From: Bacillota bacterium
Lineage (GTDB): Bacteria > Bacillota > Clostridia > Tissierellales > MES13
Assembly (NCBI GenBank): GCA_009711785.1
Contig: VENA01000068.1
Span: 10,067 to 74,066 of the forward strand
Direction of reading: 5' to 3'
Length of the DNA: 64,000 nt
Below, in pieces: positions 20,312-30,093 of the stretch (the first letter of the stretch is position 1; every line of letters begins with the position of its first letter). Made by a program: the position numbers and the translations under genes. The notes under the pieces were generated by a model. The model worked only from the letters and a program-made list of their open reading frames with translations, did no database searches and had not been told where the DNA came from.

Positions 20312-20758
20312 ATGGAAAAACCTTCAGAGAACTTAGTGATAAGAGGTGTAGAAAAAAAAGATGCTAAATATTTATTAAATTTATCTATACAGCTTGGTTA
20401 TTCAGTTTCTTATGAAAAATTAGAGAAACATATGAATAAAATTATAGGGGATGATGATCATATAATTTATGTTGCTCAAAATAACGAAAAAGTAGTTGGT
20501 TGGATACATGCTTATATTTATAAATTATTTTATGCAGATTTAATGGTCGAAATCGGAGGCATTGTAGTTGATAAATCTAAAAGAAAGAAGGGAATAGGGA
20601 ATAAACTAATGAAAGAGGCAGAAAATTGGGGAAGAGAGAAAGGATGCTCTGCTATTAATTTACGCTCAAATATAATTAGAAAGAATGCTCATATTTTTTA
20701 TGAAAATTTAGGTTTTAAAAATGTAAAGAAACAATTTACTTTTCATAAGAAACTTTAA
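20312..20758 (+). CDS. GNAT family N-acetyltransferase
   Basis: Motif A VVDKSKRKKGIGNKLMKEA .. FYENLGF. Confidence 0.85.
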   Translation: MEKPSENLVIRGVEKKDAKYLLNLSIQLGYSVSYEKLEKHMNKIIGDDDHIIYVAQNNEKVVGWIHAYIYKLFYADLMVEIGGIVVDKSKRKKGIGNKLMKEAENWGREKGCSAINLRSNIIRKNAHIFYENLGFKNVKKQFTFHKKL

Positions 20759-20800
20759 CTATAGACTTATAATTTAAACTATTAAGTGTGGGGTGAATAA

Positions 20801-20986
20801 ATGGAAAAAATGATATCAGGTTTACTATGGAGTTTGCTTGCTTATTTAATAATTGTAATTATTGCTTATTTTCACTCAAGAAAAAGTGAACATAGAAAAA
20901 AAGAAACTAAAAATATGTTAAAGATTATGACGGTGACATGGTTATTAAGCACTGTAATAATTACTATGATTTTTAGTGCAACTTAA
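20801..20986 (+). CDS. Small two-TM membrane protein
   Basis: SD GGGGTGA 6 nt upstream of the ATG. Two hydrophobic helices separated by a basic loop (HSRKSEHRKKETK). Confidence 0.55.
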   Translation: MEKMISGLLWSLLAYLIIVIIAYFHSRKSEHRKKETKNMLKIMTVTWLLSTVIITMIFSAT

Positions 20987-21036
20987 AATTAAAGTATAAT
21001 GAAATTGATTTGAAATTTTTAAAAGGAGTTGGTTAT

Positions 21037-21384
21037 ATGGAAACAATTAAAATAATTACACAAGCTGTGTTACCTATTATAATTACAATTTTAATATTTA
21101 AGTTAGAAAGTTTACACAAGTTTAGAACTATAATCAGGAAAATATTTTGGGAAGATATTTTTTATTCAAAACACAATGATAATAAAGCAGGGATAAAATT
21201 TTTTAGATTTTATGTAAGGATAATTATGTATGTATATCTATATTTTAATATTGCAATTATTATAAATGCTATATTATATGCTAATTATCAGAGTTTTTTA
21301 ATTCTATTAATAACTGTTATAGTTTTTCCATTAATGTTTAGGTTAATAATGCTGTTACAAAGAAAATTATGGGACATACATTAG
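21037..21384 (+). CDS. Membrane protein, unknown function
   Basis: Start moved to ATG 21037 (SD AAAAGGAG). Three hydrophobic helices. Confidence 0.55.
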   Translation: METIKIITQAVLPIIITILIFKLESLHKFRTIIRKIFWEDIFYSKHNDNKAGIKFFRFYVRIIMYVYLYFNIAIIINAILYANYQSFLILLITVIVFPLMFRLIMLLQRKLWDIH

Positions 21385-21440
21385 GTCTTATTTAAAATAC
21401 TACATGACGTACTATATAAAAGGTAGGAGGAGGGAAAGGA

Positions 21441-21932
21441 ATGGAAACGAAAATAAGACAAGCCGATGAAAGTGATAAAAAAGTTTTTATTGATTATTCT
21501 ATAAAATTAAGTAAATTTAATAGAGTAAATCATAATAATGATAGTAAATATGATGATTACAGTTTGGTAATAAAAGCAATTAAAAAAAAGGCAGAAGAAA
21601 CATTTAAATATAGAAATGAAAATACTTTAATTTTAATAGCTGAAATAGAAAATAAGCCAGTAGGATATGCCCTAGGAAGAATATATAAAGAGGATGAAAC
21701 TGCTGATAATGGAACAGGTGAAATGGGACTATTAGATGAACTATTTATTGAAGATAGAGCTAGAGGAGCTGGATTAGGGCAAAAACTATTAAATGAAGCT
21801 ATTAAATGGATGAAAGAAAAGGGAATTAAAAGAATAAAATTACACGCATATTCATGGAATGATAACGCAATAAAATTATATGAAAGAAATGGATTTAAAG
21901 AATATGTAGTATCCTATGAAACGTTTATTTAA
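21441..21932 (+). CDS. GNAT family N-acetyltransferase
   Basis: Motif A FIEDRARGAGLGQKLLNEA .. LYERNGF. SD GGAGGAGGG. Confidence 0.85.
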   Translation: METKIRQADESDKKVFIDYSIKLSKFNRVNHNNDSKYDDYSLVIKAIKKKAEETFKYRNENTLILIAEIENKPVGYALGRIYKEDETADNGTGEMGLLDELFIEDRARGAGLGQKLLNEAIKWMKEKGIKRIKLHAYSWNDNAIKLYERNGFKEYVVSYETFI

Positions 21933-21970
21933 ATATTAGTATATATATATAATAAGGATAATATAGTTAT

Positions 21971-21986
21971 AGGTACATTTTTAAGT
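21971..21986 (+). repeat. Hairpin-family copy b (right half only)
   Basis: AGGTACATTTTTAAGT is identical to 19333..19348, but the left arm is missing. It sits directly before the SD of the next GNAT gene. Confidence 0.6.
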
Positions 21987-22002
21987 TAAGGGGGAAATAG
22001 TA

Positions 22003-22428
22003 TTGGAAATAAGGAGATTGAATGTAGATGACGCTGAAAAAGTTACAAATATGGTACAAGAATTTAGGTCAGTAATAACAAAAGAAAAAAAAGTTTTTGA
22101 CTTTCTAGCAAACAAGAAAAATTATATTATTGCATGTTTAGATAATAAAAAAGTTGTAGGTTTTGTTTTAGGATATGAATTACAGAGATATGATGATCAA
22201 AATAATATGATATATATACATGAAGTAAATGTATTGCCTAAATATAGAAGACAAGGTGTAGGAAAGAAAATGATAAAGGAATTAAAGAAAATATCTAAAG
22301 ATAAATATCTATCTAAAATGTTTCTTATAACAAAAAAATCAAATTTACCAGCTATTAATCTTTATAAAGCTACGAAAGGTAAATCTGATAATGATGAAGA
22401 TATAGTCTTTTGGTATGAAGGTTCATAA
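22003..22428 (+). CDS. GNAT family N-acetyltransferase
   Basis: Motif A VNVLPKYRRQGVGKKMIKEL. TTG start after GGGGGA. Confidence 0.8.
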   Translation: MEIRRLNVDDAEKVTNMVQEFRSVITKEKKVFDFLANKKNYIIACLDNKKVVGFVLGYELQRYDDQNNMIYIHEVNVLPKYRRQGVGKKMIKELKKISKDKYLSKMFLITKKSNLPAINLYKATKGKSDNDEDIVFWYEGS

Positions 22429-22594
22429 TATTTTAATTATTAATATTCAGTCTAATATAACGAAGTAGATTTTTCACATTTATTCAAGTATTGATTTTAT
22501 AAAAAATATAATAAAAATAAATGTTTACATAATAATTCTAAAGGTTATCATCAATTTTTGGCAAGAAAACTTATTTGAAAGGATAGATAGTAAG

Positions 22595-22957
22595 ATGGAA
22601 GAATGTATTTTTTGTAAAATTGTTAAAGGTGATATTAAAGCAAATATTATATATGAAGATGATTTAATTATTGGTTTTCTGGACATAGAACCAATTAATG
22701 AAGGACATTTATTATTAATACCTAAGAAACATAGGCTTGATTTAGATGAATTAAGCGAGGAAGAAACTATTAGAATAATGGAAGTATCAAAATTAATGGT
22801 CAAAAGATTAAAGAGTGAGTTTAAACCAGATGGATATAGTATAATGCAGAATGGTGGAGAATTTAATGATATTGGCCATTACCATATGCATGTATTTCCA
22901 AGATATAAAAATGATGGTTTTGGCTGGACATATAAAGAAGAATTAGATTGTAAATAG
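22595..22957 (+). CDS. HIT (histidine triad) family protein
   Basis: CIFCKI N-terminus and the histidine triad HYHMHVFP. Confidence 0.9.
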   Translation: MEECIFCKIVKGDIKANIIYEDDLIIGFLDIEPINEGHLLLIPKKHRLDLDELSEEETIRIMEVSKLMVKRLKSEFKPDGYSIMQNGGEFNDIGHYHMHVFPRYKNDGFGWTYKEELDCK

Positions 22958-22996
22958 TTTAAATACTCACTATATTATTACTTATAATTTACTAAT

Positions 22997-23025
22997 ACCT
23001 AACTTTAGTTAGGTGTATTTTTAAG
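22997..23025 (+). repeat. Hairpin-family copy c (terminator after HIT gene)
   Basis: ACCTAAC-TTTA-GTTAGGT followed by GTATTTTTAAG. Confidence 0.7.
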
Positions 23026-23201
23026 CTTTAGATAATATAATTCTTTGTGAGGAGGATATAATTAGTTAAATAATTACTTATAAAAAATGAAAATAAATAA
23101 TAAGGATAAAGACATGTCGACTATAACAAAATTGCTATTATTGAAATTATATAAATAAATACAGTTATAAGTATGACAGTGTAAAAAATAGGAGGAAAAG
23201 A

Positions 23202-24764
23202 ATGATATTAAATAAATATCTGTACAGAAAACATAATGATTATATTGTAAAAAAGGATATTAAAGATATAGACTTTAACAAACTTAAGGATTCAAATGAT
23301 TATCATAATAAAACTAATTCATCATTAGATGATATTACATGGAATGATTTGAATATGAACAATGTATATGCAAAAATTAATTACACAGTCACTAGTCCAG
23401 GTGAAGAATGTCTATATAGTTGGTTGAAAAATCCATTAGATAATGAGAAAGAGTTTGAAGAAAGAAAGGATTTCATAAGTAGATTTACTAATAATGAAAA
23501 AATAAATAAGAAGCTAAGAACTAACCTTTCTAAAATTAAATATTGCAAATATAATTTTAGAAAAGTAATAGAAGGCAATTTTTTAGTACATAAGTTTATA
23601 CTTGCCCTTTTTATTATGTTTTCCACTATAAATCTTTCGATTATTGGATATACAATATTTATAAGAGAGTTACTATTTTTACCAATTTCTATTTTAATGA
23701 TTATTTTTGCATTTAATATACTTATACATTTTAAGTTTAATGATAAATATGGGGAACAATTAGAAGTATTAAATTATATTTTAAGATTATTATCTTTTGC
23801 TAACAAAAATAAGGAATTATTAAAACAATTTACTCCGGATTTAGTTAATAGACTTGATAAAATTAATGATACATTAATGAAAATTTCTAAAAAAGGGTCA
23901 GTGATATTTAGAATTGAAGGATTTGATTTTATAGCTGATTATTTTAATATTGCTTTTTTAGTAAAAGAAATAAACTTCTTAATGATATCTAGACAAATGC
24001 ATGAGCATAAGAAAGAAATAATTGAAATTTATAATTTAATTGGAGAACTTGATGCAGTATTAAGTATTTGTAGGTATAGAAAAGAATTAAATTATTATTG
24101 TGAACCTAATATTGAAGACAATGAAGAAGAAATAAAAATATCAGATATGTACCACCCTTTAATTGAAAATCCAACACCAAATTCAATAAGTACTATTAAA
24201 GATATTGCAATTACAGGATCTAATATGAGTGGTAAATCTACTTTTTTGAGAACTATTGGATTAAATGTGTTATTTGCTCAAAGTATTTGTACTAGTTTAT
24301 CTAAAGAACATAGAACTAGATTCTATAGATTGTTAACTTCTATTAGTTTAAATGACGATATTTTAGAAAGTAAAAGTTATTTCTTAATGGAGGCAGAAGC
24401 AATAAAACGTATGGTTAATTTAAAAGATGATAACTACCATTCACTTATATTAATTGATGAGATATTTAAAGGTACAAATCCAATAGAAAGATTATCAGCT
24501 TCAATAGAATTATTAAATTTATTATCGTTAGGGAATACAAAAGTATTTGTTGCAACTCATGATTTACAAATACTATCAAAGTTAGTGAAATATGATTATT
24601 ATTATTTTACAGAAAATGTGACAAAGGAGTCTTTAGAATTTGATTATAAGATACGTAAAGGTGTCACTTCAACACGTAATGCAATAAAAATATTAGAATT
24701 TATAAAGTATCCAGAGGATATAATCACAAAAATAAACAAAAGAATCAGCGTTATGGAAGTATGA
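23202..24764 (+). CDS. MutS-related ABC-type ATPase (MutS domain V only), membrane-associated paralog
   Basis: ITGSNMSGKSTFLRTIG Walker A, LILIDEIFKGTNPIER Walker B, VATHDLQ. Two long hydrophobic segments sit in the N-terminal half (FILALFIMFSTINLSIIGYTIF, LFLPISILMIIFAFNILIHF). Same architecture as 1..1332. Confidence 0.8.
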   Translation: MILNKYLYRKHNDYIVKKDIKDIDFNKLKDSNDYHNKTNSSLDDITWNDLNMNNVYAKINYTVTSPGEECLYSWLKNPLDNEKEFEERKDFISRFTNNEKINKKLRTNLSKIKYCKYNFRKVIEGNFLVHKFILALFIMFSTINLSIIGYTIFIRELLFLPISILMIIFAFNILIHFKFNDKYGEQLEVLNYILRLLSFANKNKELLKQFTPDLVNRLDKINDTLMKISKKGSVIFRIEGFDFIADYFNIAFLVKEINFLMISRQMHEHKKEIIEIYNLIGELDAVLSICRYRKELNYYCEPNIEDNEEEIKISDMYHPLIENPTPNSISTIKDIAITGSNMSGKSTFLRTIGLNVLFAQSICTSLSKEHRTRFYRLLTSISLNDDILESKSYFLMEAEAIKRMVNLKDDNYHSLILIDEIFKGTNPIERLSASIELLNLLSLGNTKVFVATHDLQILSKLVKYDYYYFTENVTKESLEFDYKIRKGVTSTRNAIKILEFIKYPEDIITKINKRISVMEV

Positions 24765-24944
24765 TAGGTAATTAAGATGCTATTTTAAACATTGTATATT
24801 TCAAATAGATTGGGGGATTTTTGTGAAAAAGATAGTTAAAATAGGCTTAAGACTTTTAAGTATATCAATAATTTATAGAGTTATATTTTTTTTTGATTTA
24901 GTTACTCATGGAAATGGTCAAATTCATTTATTAATTTAATAAAT

Positions 24945-25283
24945 GTGATAATTGCATTTGTGTTTTTAAGTATATGGTTTATATATGGATTTAAATACAA
25001 TTTAGGAATTAAGCGTGGACTTATAGTAGGTTTAATAGGAATTAGTGATGGAATACTACTACAAATAATAACATTTTTACTATATCTCAATAGAGGAGGT
25101 TATTATTTTGGGCCAGTCACAATGATACCTTGGGTAGTTCCGTTTCTAGGTATAACTGATACTGTTGATTTTATTTCAGATATATTTTTATGTTATATGC
25201 CATTTTTAGCTTTGATTTTAACTTTATTAGGTAGCTTTTTAGGAGAGAAGTATAAAAGTGTTAAATGTAGAAATTGGATATAG
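24945..25283 (+). CDS. Hydrophobic membrane protein, unknown function (start uncertain)
   Basis: About 4 TM segments. GTG start without a clear SD. A 38-codon ORF with a good SD (GTG 24823, GGGGGA) lies just upstream in another frame, so this may be one frameshifted gene. Confidence 0.4.
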   Translation: MIIAFVFLSIWFIYGFKYNLGIKRGLIVGLIGISDGILLQIITFLLYLNRGGYYFGPVTMIPWVVPFLGITDTVDFISDIFLCYMPFLALILTLLGSFLGEKYKSVKCRNWI

Positions 25284-25321
25284 GTAAAAGATTATTAAAA
25301 TAATCATTAAAGGAGACTATT

Positions 25322-25502
25322 ATGGTGGATTATTTAACTTATTACTACAGAAAGGAGAGTATTCCATTTAGAAGTTTATCTGAATTGATGAAAAAAAGCA
25401 ATACGAATAATGAACGAATTATATGTTGATAATGCGCTGTGGAATCGTTTTAAAGACCCAGTTCGATATTTGGATAGAGAAAGGAAACTGAACTGTGGTT
25501 AA
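25322..25502 (+). pseudogene. Frameshifted and truncated remnant of an unknown conserved gene
   Basis: MVDYLTYYYRKESIPFRSLSELMKK.. continues in the +1 frame as AIRIMNELYVDNALWNRFKDPVRYLDRERKLN.. and shifts again (TELWLRK). The first break sits at an A7 run. Confidence 0.5.
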
Positions 25503-25631
25503 GAAAATAATGGCTCTGTACAGAGATTATGTTACTAAAAGTAAAAAATCTTGATTAAAACGATGGTTTATTTTGATAATTATGTAAATAATATTATAAT
25601 TTACGAACGAAATCAAAATAGGAGTGATTTA

Positions 25632-26258
25632 ATGAAACATATTTGGAGAAAGAAAGAAAAGAACTTGTATATACCTAAACAAAAACCTGAACTTATAACA
25701 GTGCCTAGTCATAATTTTTTTACCATTAAGGGAAAAGGAAATCCAAATAGTGAAGGATTTTCAGAGAAAATAGCAGTTCTTTATTCATTAGCATATGCCG
25801 TTAGAATGATGCCAAAAAAAGGATATACTCCAGAAGGCTATTTTGAATATACAGTATATCCATTAGAGGGTATATGGGATTTAACTGAAGAAGGGAAGCA
25901 ATTAGATACATTAAATAAAGATGAATTAGTATATACTATAATGATTAGACAACCTGCTTTTGTGACACAGGAAGTGATAAATAGAGCTTTTGAAATTACA
26001 AGAAAGAAGAAGCCAAATCCATTACTTGATGAAGTTGCATTTGAAACCATCGAAGATGGATTGGCGGTTCAAATGTTGCATGTTGGAACTTATGATGATG
26101 AACCACATAGCTTTAAAAAGATGGACTCATTTATGAAAGAAAACAATTTAGAAAGAAGAGCTATGACCCATCGTGAAATATATCTATCTGATGCACGAAA
26201 AGTTGAACCTGCAAAATTAAAAACAGTTTTAAGATATATGGTTAAAAGTAGATTGTAG
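25632..26258 (+). CDS. GyrI-like small-molecule-binding domain protein
   Basis: Start moved to ATG 25632 (SD AGGAGTGA). Typical family pattern: PELITVP..FFTIKGKGNP, YTVYPLEGIW, MLHVGTYDDEP, HREIYLSD. Confidence 0.75.
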   Translation: MKHIWRKKEKNLYIPKQKPELITVPSHNFFTIKGKGNPNSEGFSEKIAVLYSLAYAVRMMPKKGYTPEGYFEYTVYPLEGIWDLTEEGKQLDTLNKDELVYTIMIRQPAFVTQEVINRAFEITRKKKPNPLLDEVAFETIEDGLAVQMLHVGTYDDEPHSFKKMDSFMKENNLERRAMTHREIYLSDARKVEPAKLKTVLRYMVKSRL

Positions 26259-26436
26259 AAAAGTATGCACTATCTTATGATACACTTTTTTAAAAGATGA
26301 AGGAGTAATATCTAAAGAACATATTGTAGATCGAGAAGAGTAAAGAAATTTGAGTAACAGATTAAGATAAGCAGTTGGTTAAATGGAAGTTGAAAATATA
26401 GAAAAAATAAAAAGAGCATATGAGTTTTTAATATAG

Positions 26437-26465
26437 ATGTCCTACTTTAAAGTAGGGCATTTTTG
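26437..26465 (+). repeat. Hairpin-family variant d (terminator-like)
   Basis: ATGTCCTACTTT-AAAGTAGGGCAT followed by TTTT. Confidence 0.6.
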
Positions 26466-26487
26466 TATGTTAATGATTGTTATATAA

Positions 26488-26507
26488 AACCTTACTAAAG
26501 TTAGGTT
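26488..26507 (+). repeat. Hairpin-family variant e (degenerate)
   Basis: AACCTTAC-TAAA-GTTAGGTT, 7 of 8 stem pairs, no T-run. Confidence 0.45.
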
Positions 26508-26652
26508 TCATATAATAAAAAAAATATTATAATAATCAAGGATGATAAATAATATTAAAAATATTAACTTTAAATTATATCAGTTAAAGTCAATTTATTG
26601 ATAATACGTTACTAATTCATCTATATTTTAAATTATAAAGGAGAGAGAAAAC

Positions 26653-27408
26653 ATGCGTAATATGATTAATGGAATATATTATGAAAAATATGGGAATTCA
26701 GATAATGAACACAATTTAGTTTTTATACACGGAGCAGGTTGTAATCATAAATTTCTAAAACCCCTAGCTAAACAATTGAAGGAATATAATTGTTATCTTA
26801 TTGATTTACCTGATCATTGTAATTCCCAAGATAGAAACTGTAATAATATAGAAGATTATATTGAGGCTGTTTCACAGTTTATAACAAATTTAGAAAATGT
26901 GACATTAATAGGCCATTCTTTAGGAGGGGCAATTTGCTTAGGTGTAGCTGCTAGAAGAATTCATTCAGTAAAAAAAGCAGTTATACTTAATTCAGGTGCT
27001 AAATTTGATAAGCTAGATAAAGATTTCATGGAAAAAGTACATAAAAACAAAGTAGATAGATTATTTTTATTAAAGTCATGTGGTTCATTTTTTAATTTAT
27101 CTATATATAAAGCATTATTAACATTTGAGTCAAAAGAAACTATAATTAAGGACTTAATAATCGGAGAAAAAGCTAATGTAGAAAATGGATTAAAAAATAT
27201 AGACATTCCAGTATTAATAATAACAGGGGCTGATGAAATTTTGACTTTAGTAGAATACTCAGAAAAACTACATGATAAACTTTCATCTTCTAAATTAATA
27301 GTAGTTCCTAAAACTAGACATATGTTACCAATAGCTAAGAGTAGATATGTTGGAGGACTTATTAAAGAGTTTGTAACAGAAAATGAAACTATAGCTACAG
27401 AGGTATAA
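26653..27408 (+). CDS. Alpha/beta hydrolase
   Basis: Nucleophile elbow GHSLGG and HGAG oxyanion region. SD AAAGGAGAG. Confidence 0.85.
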   Translation: MRNMINGIYYEKYGNSDNEHNLVFIHGAGCNHKFLKPLAKQLKEYNCYLIDLPDHCNSQDRNCNNIEDYIEAVSQFITNLENVTLIGHSLGGAICLGVAARRIHSVKKAVILNSGAKFDKLDKDFMEKVHKNKVDRLFLLKSCGSFFNLSIYKALLTFESKETIIKDLIIGEKANVENGLKNIDIPVLIITGADEILTLVEYSEKLHDKLSSSKLIVVPKTRHMLPIAKSRYVGGLIKEFVTENETIATEV

Positions 27409-27445
27409 ATTAAGAGTCTATCAATATGCTAGGGAGGATAAATAG

Positions 27446-28855
27446 ATGCAATATATTTTTAATGTGCTTGAAATTATGCCTGTTGCTACTCTATTTACAG
27501 CACTTATTTATATATCGATTTATTTAATATTAAAACAAAAAAGGAATAAAAACGGAAATATATCAAGATTAGTTGTAGAGTTTATACTTATTGAATGGTG
27601 CGTATTATTTTTATACGTTACTCAAGTTATGAGGTTTGGAAACGGTTTTGGAGATCTTGTAAACTTTACTCCTTTATACTTATTTTATATTGCAGCGAAA
27701 TACGGTTTAATTAATGCAACAATGATAACACAATTTTCACTTAATATTTTAATGTTTTTACCGTTAGGATTTTTATTACCTATTGTATTTTTAAATAAAT
27801 TCAAAAATCATTTAAAAATATTATTAGTTTCTTTTGGTATTTCACTTTCAACTGAAATAACACAAATATTAACAGGTCGGAATGCAGATGTTGACGATAT
27901 TATTGCAAATACATTAGGAGGACTAATTGGTTTTTCATTATATATTTTTTATAAAGGGATATATTTTATACTTAGAAGAAAAAAACAAGGTAAACCGATA
28001 GGTATAGACCGTTATAGCATTAAAGTAATTGCTTCTTTTTCTATTATCATAATAACATTGAGTCCATTTATAGTAGTAAAGATAATTAATACTAATAATG
28101 AATATGGATACATATATTATGGGCATTTACAGCCAATAAATATTGAAATATCAGATAATATTACCGATGAGGAAACAACATTAAAAGTTTATAAAAATAT
28201 TCAAATTGAGAGTCTTAAAGAATTACAGAAAAGATTGAAAGCTAATACAGGCTTTACAGGGGATTTTAATAATACAGACGGGTGTAGTATTTGTAAAAAT
28301 AACAAAAACGAAGCCATATACATTTATGAGTATAATACTTGGCGTATTACATTTTCTCGTGATACAGATATTAAAGTTGAAATATCAAAACTTCCCAATG
28401 AAGACGAAGCAGTTAAGCTTGCCTATGAGTATTTAAAGAAATTTCAAATTTCACCTGACACAGTAAGGTACATGGGTATAAACGACAATTATAGTAATAA
28501 TAACTTACATTTGGAATTTAAAAGTATAATGATAACTAATCGTGTGAATGTATGGGGAGATATCCATGTAGAAATAGGAGAAGGAGGAAGACTACTCAGT
28601 ATTTCTGATTATCGCACCTATAATGAATTTGTTAAAGAGGTTAAAACTATCTCTCCTAGAGATTCAATAAAAGTAGCTCAGGATATCGGAGTAGGGGAAT
28701 GGACAGGTACAGCTTATGTGACTTCTGTTGAGCCGTCATATTACTTTAATAAAAACACAGGATACCTTATACCAACTTGGCAGATTACATCTACCTTTAA
28801 AGCAAAATCGGGTCGGTATTATAGCTGGACTCCAAATATTAAAGCTATAAAATAG
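27446..28855 (+). CDS. VanZ-like membrane domain fused to a large C-terminal extracytoplasmic domain
   Basis: N-terminal approx. 175 aa carry VanZ hallmarks (NILMFLPLGFLLP, GRNADVDDIIANTLGGLIGF). This is followed by a further TM helix and approx. 270 aa of soluble sequence with no motif I recognise. Confidence 0.7.
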   Translation: MQYIFNVLEIMPVATLFTALIYISIYLILKQKRNKNGNISRLVVEFILIEWCVLFLYVTQVMRFGNGFGDLVNFTPLYLFYIAAKYGLINATMITQFSLNILMFLPLGFLLPIVFLNKFKNHLKILLVSFGISLSTEITQILTGRNADVDDIIANTLGGLIGFSLYIFYKGIYFILRRKKQGKPIGIDRYSIKVIASFSIIIITLSPFIVVKIINTNNEYGYIYYGHLQPINIEISDNITDEETTLKVYKNIQIESLKELQKRLKANTGFTGDFNNTDGCSICKNNKNEAIYIYEYNTWRITFSRDTDIKVEISKLPNEDEAVKLAYEYLKKFQISPDTVRYMGINDNYSNNNLHLEFKSIMITNRVNVWGDIHVEIGEGGRLLSISDYRTYNEFVKEVKTISPRDSIKVAQDIGVGEWTGTAYVTSVEPSYYFNKNTGYLIPTWQITSTFKAKSGRYYSWTPNIKAIK

Positions 28856-28912
28856 AATAGAAGTTCAGTAATTCTACACACATAAAATGATTAATTAGAA
28901 TACTAAAACAAT

Positions 28913-28928
28913 ACTTTAGTTAGGTGCT
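28913..28928 (+). repeat. Hairpin-family copy f (right half only)
   Basis: ACTTTAGTTAGGTGCT is identical to 36720..36735. The left arm is degenerate. Confidence 0.5.
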
Positions 28929-29056
28929 AATTCAATCCTAAGCTTATATAATTAAATTAAATGAAAGAAAGGATATTATGAGTAATTTTGATATTTTATA
29001 TTTTAAAGAACAGATTATTAAAATACAATAACTTTAGCAGCAGAGGATGATTATTT

Positions 29057-30064
29057 TTGAAAAGTAAAAATTGGATAGTTATATTAGTTATTTCATTGTT
29101 ATTTGTATCTTTTAAAATGTATTCTTGGAATACAGATAAGAAGCTAATGAAGAAAACAGATAAAGAGTTAAAATTTTTATTAAAACCTTATATTAACAAT
29201 ACTGTAATTATAGCAAATCAAAACAAATATTATCTAAGAATCAAAAAAGTAAAATTGTCAGATAAACTAGAGCCCTATAAAAAAGCTTTAAATATTCCAG
29301 CCTATGTTTATTTTGATGTCTACAAAAACAAAGTTAATAAAGATAACTATATAGATAGTAGGTTAATAAGAATGGAAGTATGGAGAGAAGAATTAGATAA
29401 TGATTTCCGTTTTTATAAAAACGGAGGTGAAACGAATATATCATTTAAGGGAGAAATTTTTAAAGAGTTTACTAATATGTATTTTGATTTACAATATGAA
29501 AACAGAAATAAAACTATTAATGAAGGAGTAATTAAAAATTGTAATACTGGATATAGTCATGGTAAATTTGATGAGGATAATAATGAATATAATAAATATG
29601 GTGAGATAACATCAAAAGGAAATGTTAGGTATGAAATAATAAAATACAGAAGGGATTTAAGTATGAAGTTTACCACTTCTTTTTATCTTAATAATTTTAA
29701 AGAATATCAAAAAATGCATATTAAAGTAAAAAGGACAGAGGGAAATTACCATGCTCTTTGGGATATTAGTAATGAAGAAATAAAAACTATAAAGTATCAT
29801 TATAGAGGAAAATATAAAGAAGGAAAAGTTATCACTAATGATTTTGCTATTGAAGAACTTATTACATATCTTAAAGGTATACCCTTTAAAGAAGCAAAGA
29901 ATGAAATAATAAAATGTGAACCATTAATATTCATTAAGTTAGGAAAATATGGGAAAGATATAATTTTATGCAAAGATGCTATTTACACTAATAACTACCA
30001 TGTAGTTTGTAAAGGGGAAAATTATGTAGAAAAAATTATAAGTTTACTTAAGAAAAATAACTAA
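29057..30064 (+). CDS. Membrane-anchored protein of unknown function
   Basis: TTG start with an upstream GAGGATGA. One N-terminal TM helix. 335 aa, no recognisable motif. Confidence 0.55.
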   Translation: MKSKNWIVILVISLLFVSFKMYSWNTDKKLMKKTDKELKFLLKPYINNTVIIANQNKYYLRIKKVKLSDKLEPYKKALNIPAYVYFDVYKNKVNKDNYIDSRLIRMEVWREELDNDFRFYKNGGETNISFKGEIFKEFTNMYFDLQYENRNKTINEGVIKNCNTGYSHGKFDEDNNEYNKYGEITSKGNVRYEIIKYRRDLSMKFTTSFYLNNFKEYQKMHIKVKRTEGNYHALWDISNEEIKTIKYHYRGKYKEGKVITNDFAIEELITYLKGIPFKEAKNEIIKCEPLIFIKLGKYGKDIILCKDAIYTNNYHVVCKGENYVEKIISLLKKNN

Positions 30065-30093
30065 ATGAAATATATAAAGGAGAAAAGTTTAAT

